64,000 nt of DNA, from positions 124,001 to 188,000 of the forward strand of contig CDRNVI010000039.1 of NCBI GenBank assembly GCA_977017575.1, in the 5' to 3' direction. Positions 51,601-60,200 of this stretch are shown piece after piece. A program made the position numbers and the translations under genes. The stretch comes from Paramoeba atlantica (Eukaryota; Protista; Discosea). The notes beneath the pieces are model-generated. The model had not been told where the DNA came from, did not search any database, and was given only the letters and a program-made list of their open reading frames with translations. Numbering within the stretch: the first letter of the stretch is position 1; every line of letters begins with the position of its first letter.

Positions 51601-53292
51601 GGGATACTGTGCATTACTGATAGGATCCTCGCTGGTCACAATCCACTCTCCAGAACCCAAGCAAAAATAAATATAATCTCGCTGCGATTCCAAATCTCGA
51701 TAAAATACGGAACGACCCGCAACAGTCAAATTAGGATGGTGTAAATACATTCCCGCGTAGCTTCGGAGTCGAGTAGGAAGAGACGTAAGATGTAAGGAGG
51801 ACACATCCGCTTGATCTGCGCAAAATATAGTTAATGGAAATTGCAAATAGGAAGGATCTACTTCCATCTCGGGGATTTCATCCTCCAACAGGTACCAACG
51901 TGATACAGAAAGAAGGCCTTCTTCTGATGAACCAGTAGGAGCGCTAACGACAACACCTCCACAGTGCGGTAGGTCCTGAAAAGCATTTTGAAAGAGAACT
52001 CGCTCGGGTGCGAAGACCCATCGCCCCGTCGATACACAGTAAAAAAACTGATGACCAGAGAACCCATCAACATATCCCACCGGAGTGGGCACTTGAGAAT
52101 AACGTAGAAAAGTACGATTCAGTGAGCAAGTCCCAGAGTTCAGCTGTGCACCAATGTTTAGTTCCTCAGTCTGTGTGGCGCTCAATAGGTAGTACCCGTT
52201 AATATTTTTTAAGTTTGGTGAAAAGCCACGAACTTCTAGACTCCGACATTGAGTGTTGCCCAACTTGAGAGGTGACCCAAGGGACGCTCGATGGGGAAGT
52301 TTTTCAGTGCTAATTTTTTCACGTTCATCAAGCTGTACTATGCCCATTCCTCCAGATGAGTACTGAGATGTTACATCGTCATTATTTTGTTGTATTTTTC
52401 CGAGTACAACATTGCCAACAAAATTTACGTTTTCCAACTTCGATGTGCGATACGAACGAAAACGATATTGAATGAGAAGTGCTCCAGCCGCGCGGATCAT
52501 ATCTGAAACTGCGTTATTGTCATCTGTGACCTCCTCAGTGGCGTACGCGGAGCAATGTGTGAAGAATAAATCAGATAATACGTGAGAACATCGAATATCG
52601 AAATCACTTTCCATTCGTACCAATATACCACCGGCATACTGCGCACGACCTTCTGCTATAGACAAATTGCTCAGTGAAACATACACATTATCAAACAAGA
52701 ACGCTCTACCCTTTTGCGCACACTCAAAACGAACCTCCTTGCTTGAGGTTCCAATAATACGTAAAGGTTTCGTGATATGATGTCCATGCAAAGGACAGTC
52801 ATATGTACCCGGATGTAGAATAATTGTGGAACCCGAAGGAACGAAATCGAGGACGTATGACAATGAGCGGCAACTAGTCGGCTGTCTAGAGCCTGATGTA
52901 TTATTATTGAACTTCACATGCGTCCCACACATTGGCACGTCAGCACCCAGCACCGGATCCACATGAAAAGTTCCTAAGGCAAACGGGTCAATCGCAGGCC
53001 AGAGGTTCGGACAGGTCGAAGGTGTGTTTCCGGAAAAGAAATGAGAGGGAGCAGATCGAGAATTTGAAGAATCTGAACAAGTCGCGAAACTCATCTTTTG
53101 TTGACTATCAAGAAAGGATGAGACGGAAGAAAATGCCACGCTTATACCAAATGACTGTCGAAGTCGGCCACCCGTGTGTCCAACCCTTCGCCATGGGATA
53201 AGTGACAAACAAAGGATTACGTGGAAAAGCATAAGTGAGCACAAAGACCTGGGCCGATTGAGGCAGAACATGACTTTCCTTGTGAATATCAA
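48658..53292 (-). CDS. Large predicted surface/secreted protein: pectin-lyase-like beta-helix interrupted by repeated ~100-aa modules
   Basis: SGSTIILHPGTY..ITKPL.IIG...FEC..KGRAF, GG(A/G)L/M and FxxN repeats; 4-5 copies of G.Y.....G..vy......yf....eW. Confidence 0.75.
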   Translation of the reverse strand: MIFTRKVMFCLNRPRSLCSLMLFHVILCLSLIPWRRVGHTGGRLRQSFGISVAFSSVSSFLDSQQKMSFATCSDSSNSRSAPSHFFSGNTPSTCPNLWPAIDPFALGTFHVDPVLGADVPMCGTHVKFNNNTSGSRQPTSCRSLSYVLDFVPSGSTIILHPGTYDCPLHGHHITKPLRIIGTSSKEVRFECAQKGRAFLFDNVYVSLSNLSIAEGRAQYAGGILVRMESDFDIRCSHVLSDLFFTHCSAYATEEVTDDNNAVSDMIRAAGALLIQYRFRSYRTSKLENVNFVGNVVLGKIQQNNDDVTSQYSSGGMGIVQLDEREKISTEKLPHRASLGSPLKLGNTQCRSLEVRGFSPNLKNINGYYLLSATQTEELNIGAQLNSGTCSLNRTFLRYSQVPTPVGYVDGFSGHQFFYCVSTGRWVFAPERVLFQNAFQDLPHCGGVVVSAPTGSSEEGLLSVSRWYLLEDEIPEMEVDPSYLQFPLTIFCADQADVSSLHLTSLPTRLRSYAGMYLHHPNLTVAGRSVFYRDLESQRDYIYFCLGSGEWIVTSEDPISNAQYPADVSQKGITQVRSYAIPEVFVQDRANQEVTSESEGLYEPFPHTALEELLDKRNPSRPRVCGKAISGSTTLSAHPLTCNLSNWRYLDTESWKEEKLPQMGLHHYEVESACKALQVSIYGLSISQRTFGEYPLLSCEGVYVRRKNQWNGYPVYYKSHATTTHSSGVQHDKGAEFYLYFCYGSQEWIVSPTNPWNSQLTMSDKTCEKIIRSLPCRMPDPTQWHGMWSYWDSSQRKWKKGDQMISISCIDGCSEISLEDLQFLSDRSANDFLSRNTTQPIPFGLYTKAPAPFYDAHARFYQQEESFRIRHSVLSQLHIDHTSLENANLLFFSHFPATCKQTQAASRETKSGVLLSTDTLSLLSQNNSTDVNAMYSNVILRATGKISCSSVEIRNLPQNSSHVNGVYVDHGTVFARRKVFVLDEAELQNFFRLSIFYDITERRWCVGEFNSQNLIFSSVLMCSSQTGVLHPVEASSWELRHKTHVQDLSIQANANADLLTHAIVRCSPRLIPRTPSFMLEPSWQQPQLYLSDSIFESNECEYDNLISLPNTSIVSERSQLQHPPCYLFGGLGIIQQIPPQGFRYTNELHNLFFLRNLAVPRPLRRSKTFVPHNTNQITQLSHNKHDTENQERHSDTDISLPMPQHVGGLLLHVQHCPHAVLYLHASHMRFEANRGESGGMLLNNVHGHLHDCSLLRNEGTRCGGGMAYSSMASASLSLAGAHVDGNTALRHGGALYTPDHHTLLGVDSGIFNDNMSPHPGAVVYSQGVVTFMGNARVRGHDTMVVTPWLIVSEEVSVECANDGVASFMEEDVRCPVKDAQDVEDTVDGTSMCFSRRDADIQYKNEVQYRSTPRRLQSGLNFSLEHELLGQKEYDVRYSEDNSSREVPLQGSWTFLSFEFFSSFFSNLSSLENRRTPDEVWLAKRKEKQTVKTAWTLSFVQFLFSLCDPHPHNVARILLSGMLMVYVSRQLHPTTRHGRLNSCLSS

Positions 53293-53542
53293 TAAAAAAT
53301 CTTTGTTTGACCAATATTCGTATATTTTAGTATGAAATTAAGTATGGCTTATCAAGGATACTAATAGACATACCGGATATGTCTTTGATTTTTTTAAAAA
53401 CATACCGGGTATTGTCTTTGTCCTAGATGATTTTGAATTACGAAGGTGTCTAAAGTAGCGCTGCGTACACAGGAGTATTTTCAATAATTTTATTTCCTTT
53501 CGCAATTTTGCACATTAAGTGCCAAAGGCAAATCTTAACCTT

Positions 53543-54376
53543 TTAGTAAGTTAGTTTGTCATCTTTTTCAATTCCAATTTTAGAAAGGAATACGTTTTGC
53601 GGCCTGAACTCTGGCGAGTAGCCAGAAAAAGCATTTTTCCGCAGATCGACGCGCACATCTGGCTTACACATGAGCTCTGTGAGGTCTACATTACCAGAAA
53701 GTTGATTTTCTGACAAATTTATAAAGCACACCACTCGAGGAAGATGAGCGAGCTCGATATTCCCATAAAATTTGTTAGTACATAAGTTGAGTTGCCCCAG
53801 AACTGGAGGAAGCGACGTTAAATCGAGTGTTCCGGAAAGAGAATTTCGGGAAGCCCAGAATAATGTGTGACCCTCTGGAAGCGCAGCAAGATCAATCCCA
53901 TGCGTGAACCGATTATAGCTCCCACGCAGACTTCGTAAAGAAGGAGGAAAAAAAGGAATTTCCAAGCTACCTGAAAGATTGTTGTACGAGACACAAAGCG
54001 TTTCAAGCGACTGCGGTATGTACGCCCAACTAATATTTCCAGTCAGAAACAAACCATCCCATTCAATGGAGGTAATCTGATGAGCAGAATTGCAGTATAT
54101 CCCTTGCCAAGCACATATGGAAGCAGCTTTCGACTTTCCCCACCACTGACGCGAGGGTAATCTCCAGTTAGAAGGGGCATTGCGAATGTTGGCAACAAAA
54201 TTCTCTAGTTGGCCCTCTGCTGACAATAAAAAAGGACGAACCTTTCCACGACGACTCACAGAAAGTGCACTTGAGTTCATTAGGACACATAGAACCAACA
54301 GAAGAAAACAAGTAAATCCACTAAAAAATTTTGAAAAAAGTTTGGAGAGGTCTTTTCTCGTTCCTTGACATTTCAT
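53543..54376 (-). CDS. LRR protein (member 10)
   Basis: Hydrophobic leader, SICAWQGIYC cap, about five LRRs. Confidence 0.9.
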   Translation of the reverse strand: MKCQGTRKDLSKLFSKFFSGFTCFLLLVLCVLMNSSALSVSRRGKVRPFLLSAEGQLENFVANIRNAPSNWRLPSRQWWGKSKAASICAWQGIYCNSAHQITSIEWDGLFLTGNISWAYIPQSLETLCVSYNNLSGSLEIPFFPPSLRSLRGSYNRFTHGIDLAALPEGHTLFWASRNSLSGTLDLTSLPPVLGQLNLCTNKFYGNIELAHLPRVVCFINLSENQLSGNVDLTELMCKPDVRVDLRKNAFSGYSPEFRPQNVFLSKIGIEKDDKLTY

Positions 54377-54432
54377 TATAGTTTCATTATCGATAAGAAG
54401 AATTATTAGTATTTAAGAAAAAATATCCCATA

Positions 54433-55209
54433 TCAAAATCCAGGTGATGGACGTTTGCGTGGGTGGAGGATCCATTTGCACATGCGCAGACGAAATTCTA
54501 AGTCACCTATGTTCTTTTCCTGCAAATCAATTAGACGGAGTGCGCACTCGTTCGCTGTTTTCCGTTTGTAGTCTTCGTATGAGGACGTATGAGCTTCTTG
54601 CGGGGGCAGTACTCCTGCAGATGGCTTTGATACAGAAATATAGTTTGAAGTTTCACCTCCCTCTGGAAGCACTTCCCCCGGTGTACCTACAGAGACATCA
54701 GGCTCGGATTCTGTGGAAACGTTTTTACCAATCAGGTCTTCTGATGATTTTTTAGATCGCTCTGCTGCAAGTTTTGCAAGCCCTTGAAGTAATTTGCTTC
54801 CGACCGTTTTCGTACCGGGGACGGAAGCGTTCGGTGGCATCTCAAAGCCCGGCGGATTTGTAGAACGAGCATTATCGCCCAGGGAAGGCGCTGGGGAGGG
54901 TATATGGATAATATTCTCCCTGGCCTTCATGTTCGAAGAATTGACATCAGATTCTTTCGACTCAATAAGATCACCAGATTTCAACGACTTGTCAGAAAGA
55001 TTTGGCTCAGCTGCAACTTCTAAATCTTTCACTTTTGGAGGAGCCGACTGCGAACTGGGCTCCGATGTCTGGGTAGCACGTTCAGGAAGAGGTGCTTTAT
55101 GCTCGTTCAATGACGTGGTATTGTCCATTTCAGGTACCGGGTGCAAAGCATCCGTGCCATTTATAGATGAGACGCTTGATTCCCCGGAATTGAAGGTTTC
55201 CATGCTCAT
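54433..55209 (-). CDS. Hypothetical Ser/Pro/Glu-rich protein
   Basis: 258-codon ATG ORF on the cluster strand; no recognised motif. Confidence 0.6.
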   Translation of the reverse strand: MSMETFNSGESSVSSINGTDALHPVPEMDNTTSLNEHKAPLPERATQTSEPSSQSAPPKVKDLEVAAEPNLSDKSLKSGDLIESKESDVNSSNMKARENIIHIPSPAPSLGDNARSTNPPGFEMPPNASVPGTKTVGSKLLQGLAKLAAERSKKSSEDLIGKNVSTESEPDVSVGTPGEVLPEGGETSNYISVSKPSAGVLPPQEAHTSSYEDYKRKTANECALRLIDLQEKNIGDLEFRLRMCKWILHPRKRPSPGF

Positions 55210-55519
55210 TCGAGTCAGAACATTGATAAATGGAACAATAAAAAGAAAAAAAACTACAAGCCCTTTAGGAAATAAAACTAGAATACTGGCTGTCCACCTA
55301 AAATGATAAAATTAACAGTAAGCAAACTTACTTTCTACCTTAAGCGCAATTCTCTTCTTAAGGTTATGTTACGAAAAGGGTGTCGAAAAACACGCCATCT
55401 AAGGCCCAACTATCATCTAGCCCTGTGTGCCGTCAACCAGCCTTCACGGCCAACACAGCGATATGCGTGATGATTGCATGTCTAATTTGTATTATTCTAC
55501 TCAAGAACGGACAAAAGAC

Positions 55520-56860
55520 TCATGACGACGGGTGTGTCCCCTCTCCATGAGAAGGAGAGAACTGCAGCGCCGCGGGACACCTCGCCGTACAAAACTCCAC
55601 CAGCTGCAACCGAAACCCCACATTCTCTAAAATATAATCCGACCCGTTACTCCCCCGTACCCACCGGCACGCCGTCACTAAATCCACCCCACACCGCTCC
55701 ACCAGATACGCCACACACAGAATCGCACTCCGGTTCACCCCTCCAAGACAATGCACCAGCACCACCCCAGGATTCCCCCCCTCCCCCCCCTCCCCCCCTC
55801 CCCCCGCCCTGACCTCATCCACCAACCCCGCAAACCCGTCGTAGTGGTACACCAGGATCGGGTACTCCCCGTCATCCAGCGTGTGCACCCCACGGTAGGC
55901 GATCCCCAGCGCGGGGTACACCGCGCGGCCCCCGAGCGCGCTGGTGTCCCCCGCGGCGACATTCACCACGTGGGAGATGCCGTGCGCGGTGAGCTGCGCC
56001 CCACACAGCGCAGCCTCCTCCCCGCTGAGGCACAGGAACGGGGTGACGGGGCGGATCACCGGGGGGCGCAGGGTGCGGCGCAGGGCGGAGCCCACGTCGA
56101 GCTCCGCGGCCAGGCGACGGACCAGGTCGCCGTGCTGCCGGGTGAGGGGGACGGGGGTGACGCAGGAGAAGAGGGCGTGGTCGGGGGGAGTCGCGGTGGT
56201 GGTGGTCGCGGTGGTGGTGGGGTAGACCGGGGGACGGGGGTGAGACACGGGGGTCGCGTGGAGGGGGGGGTGGCCGTGGGGGTAGAGCGTGGAGGGGGTA
56301 GGGGTGGGGAGGGGGTAGGGGGTTGTGGTGGTGGTGGTGGTGGTCGTAGAGGTTGTGTGGGGATGAGGGAGTACTGTGGTGTGGGGGTTGTTGGTGTGAG
56401 TTGTGGGGGTGGGGGAGGTGGGGGCGTGGAGGTTGTGGAGGAAGGGAGGGGAGAGGTCGGTGGTGGTGGTGGGGGGTAGGGAATGGGAAGGGAGAGTAAG
56501 GTGTGTGGAACGGTCGGGTAGGGGGGAGTGGTAGGGGGAGAGGGAGGAGGAGGAGGAGGAGGTGGGGATTTCGGAGGGAAAGGTGTCGAGTCGGGTTGGG
56601 GGGAGACTTGGGAGAGAGGTGGAGGAGAGGGATCGTAGAGGGTGGCAGGGGGTGGGGGGTACGGCGAGGGGGGAGGAGGTAAAGGAGGGACGAGGGCCGA
56701 AAGGGGTGCTACCGTCGTGATGTTCCGGAGAGCCGTCGGCCATCTCACACAAGGCGGCCATCTCACACATAGGGGTGTGGGAAAGGGAGTCGAGAGGGAA
56801 GTCTTGGTTCACGTTGCGTGCTTGCAGGGGAATGCGATGTAGGGGTGAAATGTCGTCCAT
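55520..56860 (-). CDS. Dual-specificity phosphatase with Pro/Thr-rich N-terminus
   Basis: VTPFLCLSG, GISHVVNVA, LDDG, VHCLGGVNRSA (Cx5R), ILENVGF. First in-frame ATG at 56860; the frame is open to 57067. Confidence 0.88.
   Translation of the reverse strand: MDDISPLHRIPLQARNVNQDFPLDSLSHTPMCEMAALCEMADGSPEHHDGSTPFGPRPSFTSSPLAVPPTPCHPLRSLSSTSLPSLPPTRLDTFPSEIPTSSSSSSLSPYHSPLPDRSTHLTLPSHSLPPTTTTDLSPPFLHNLHAPTSPTPTTHTNNPHTTVLPHPHTTSTTTTTTTTTPYPLPTPTPSTLYPHGHPPLHATPVSHPRPPVYPTTTATTTTATPPDHALFSCVTPVPLTRQHGDLVRRLAAELDVGSALRRTLRPPVIRPVTPFLCLSGEEAALCGAQLTAHGISHVVNVAAGDTSALGGRAVYPALGIAYRGVHTLDDGEYPILVYHYDGFAGLVDEVRAGGGGEGGEGGNPGVVLVHCLGGVNRSAILCVAYLVERCGVDLVTACRWVRGSNGSDYILENVGFRLQLVEFCTARCPAALQFSPSHGEGTHPSS
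55560..56800. other. GC-skew island over the second DSP
   Basis: C homopolymer tracts 55560-55850, GC core 55850-56150, G-tracts 56150-56800. Confidence 0.88.
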
Positions 56861-57261
56861 GACGTGGTGAGGAAAGTTACCACATGCGTGTTGGGTGGTG
56901 AGAGATAAGCATAGCGCAAGGAGTACGAAATATGAAAAGGAATCTTTACAGTTGGTTCTAAAAAAGAAGCTAAGTAGGTCGCGCACAAGATCTACACGTT
57001 GCAATTTGCGATCTCTTAAGATAATGTTTTCGCAAAAAATATTGAGAAAAATGACTTGTGTATGCAACCCATTTATGAAATCACATGTTTTTCGCCCTAA
57101 TCTATATTTATGTTTTAGTTGGACTAAAATGTTGAAGCAAATAGCAATCTACGTACAGTGAAAGACGCAATGGAATACAAATATTTACTCATGTCGTATT
57201 ATTTCGTATAAAACAGCTCTGCAAGTTCCTTTGAAACGCATTCGCTTCTATTCTGACTTCT

Positions 57262-60200
57262 CTAAGCCATAATCATTTTCTCTCGAATAGTGGCATGAAG
57301 AAGACATAGAAAATCCACATAAGAAGTCTCTCCACAGTTGCGATCTTCCACCATGCGTTGCCACCACAAGGACTCCAGCGAATCTACACCCTCCCGGATT
57401 AACTCTAATCGGGGCAATATGTTACCACGGGTGGCTCGGATTTCATTCCACGCGGCACGAAGCCGAGGATTCACCTCCTCGCGAAGCATCCATGCGTCGG
57501 TAATTGTCTCTGAGGAGGGAAGCACCGAAATTCCAAACAGCTGTTGTAAACATTCCGATGTGACCTGATTTCCCACCCACAAATAGGTCTTCCCAAACGC
57601 CAAGTCGTCACACAGATAAACCCCATCGCTGCGAATTCGCTCCGCGTAGAGTTGCGTCCACGGGGGCATGACACAGTTCGCAAAAGGGGAAGGTGGTACG
57701 GAATTGTCCGCAAAGTCGGGAGAGGATAGCAGCGGAAACGTGCCTACGGAGGGAGTGCTCAACAAATTCGTCAAGTCGTACGTTCGAGGATAGAGGTAGA
57801 GAAGAAGCTGGGAGGGAGGAAGAGCGAGAAGTCGGTGTAAATCGCGTGCACGGTCGTCCACTCGCACATCTGTTTGTGAAGGTTGCCGAAGAGCAAAGGT
57901 TTTCAAACTAAGGTATAGAAAGAGGGGAAGAAGTTTTAGATTTTCCGGGAGGATGAGCTGCCCGGCGTGCTGACTGGAGGAACAATAACGGCGGTAGGAA
58001 AATAACATCTCCGTCACTTGCTGATTCATAGCCTCTCGTGCCTTTGTTAGACCCTTTGCAACTACGGCTCGCAGGGAGCGGTGAAGGTAACATGCCAAGG
58101 TGGCCTCCAAGTCACACCCTTTAAACAGCTCAGGAATTTGTGCCACGACGGGGACGCGAAGAGAATGCACGCGCAGCCGCCGGTCCCCTCGCGGTGTGGT
58201 GTAAAGCAGCGCGGCTTGAAGGTACCACTCTGTTGGCGACTCAAGGCGTCCCTCGTGCTCGAATTCAACAAGAAAACTTTGGTTCGGATACAGCGCCGCG
58301 AGGTCCATGTCTTTGGCGTCCTGGGAGAGGTAGTGTCCACTGTAGCTTGCCACACGGGTCCCGTTGGACACTCGTACGCGTAGGATCGCACCATGCGCCG
58401 AGGGCTGGGCAAGTATTTCAGTAAGTTCATGCTTCAATCGTGAGCTATCTCGACTGGGAACGAAGTGCGACATTTCCAAAATGTTACCAGAGGAGAGATG
58501 AGAGAGTTGGGACAGTGTGGGAAGTTCCACAAAGCTTGACGAAAAATTGATCCAGTCGAAGGATATTTGCCGTTTTGCAGCTTCTGTCGCAATGGTGGTC
58601 CAAAAACCTTCACGAGGAAGGAAGGCCTCGCGATCATTATTAACACCGATGAGTTTGTTTTCTTCCCGAGGTGTCAGGGCACCAAGTCCAGTGTTACATC
58701 CCTGAGTAGTGGAAACGATTACCCGACCTCCTGTGTCATGCAATATGAGTTGTGCACATCGCACTGCTGCGCCCAGAGCAGAACCCCGTTCAGTACAGTG
58801 AGCGGCATAGACTGGTAAATCTTGAACAAAACGAAGTGCCACGTCAATTTCACGCTCCAATGAGAGCCAACAAAGCTGATTGAACGGAAGAGGGACAAAC
58901 GGGTTGTCTGGCTCATTCATGCAAACTTGCGCCGCACGTCGGGACGTGGCATCAGTTCGCATGACTCGAAAGTCATAGAAATGAACGCTCGATGCGAATG
59001 TGACAAACCCCACATAAACCTCCGGACTGGTTTGCGCCGCCACACGAAGCGCCTGTGTCAATGCCTCAACCATTGCGCCAAGATACCCGGACGTTGCATC
59101 ACCCACCCCACACGAAATATCCAACACAAACACCACATGAAGCGGGTAGGTCGCCGCCGGGGCCGTCTTCCCCACTCCCACCACCCCCTCACTCTGCCCA
59201 CGCCGCAGGGCATAATCCGACAACCCCTCGACATTATACTCCACACTCCCGACCGTGATCTCGGCCCGGGTGCCGTAGTCCATCCGTCGCCCCGTCGCGG
59301 GGTCCAGCCCGCACCCATACCCTTGCGGGACCTCGTTGTCAATGCGACAGTACGTGCACCCCCACCTCCGGCCTTGCTCGGTGAACGTGCTGTGGCAGGA
59401 GACGTAGGCCCGGCAGCGTCGGCAGCGCACGGGGCCGTGCCCGGGGACCGGGAGCACGACGGGCACGGGGCCCTCTCCGGGGCCCGGGGGTGCCAGCGGG
59501 GTGAGTACGGCAGCCCAGGGGAGCTGGGCGCCCTCGAGGACTTTGCGCTCGAGCGGGGCGCGGTAGCAGGAGAGGCGCACGTAGCGGGGGCTGGCGTTGC
59601 CGTCGTCCTGGGTGAGGGAGGAGGAGCCGGCAGGGGGGGGGAGGGTGTCGGCGGCGGCGGTGCGGTAGAACGCACGGGTGCCGTTGCTGGGGAGGAGGTC
59701 CCGGGAGGGGTTGGGGACTTGGGTGGGGTCGATACGGCGGGAGGTGGAGGGGGGGCGGGAGGTGGGGGAGGTGGGGAGGGCAGAGGTGGAAGAAGGAGAA
59801 GAGGAGGGAAGGGGGGCGTTGGGGGGAAGGGAGGACAGGATCTCGGGGGGGTATTGTGGGGTTGGGGGATTGGGGTAGGGTTGATGGGTTGTGGGGTGGG
59901 GTTGGGGGATCGGGGTGTCGGGCTGGTGGGAAGGTGGCATGGGGTGGGGTGGGTGTGCGGTGATGGAGGGAGTGGGTTGGGACAAATTAGAGAAGGACGG
60001 GGTGTTCGTTGAGGCTGAGATTTGCGGTGGTGCGCTGAAATGTGTACCTGTTGGAGCAGACGTCTGCCACGAGGGTGTAGTCTGTGGCAGATCGACTTGT
60101 GGGGTTGCTTGGAACGGAGCAGATGCGGGCGTAAGATTTTGGGGTGTGGTGAGACCTGACGCGCCACCGGGAGAGGCGATTTGGTGCACAGGAGGGTGTG

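Noticed and set aside
55522-56842. Overlapping Pro-rich and Gly-rich ORFs around the second DSP, and likewise at 58927-60248, 40724-41338, 34460-34892 and 20965-21612
   Set aside because: By-products of the skew islands; low complexity with no motifs.
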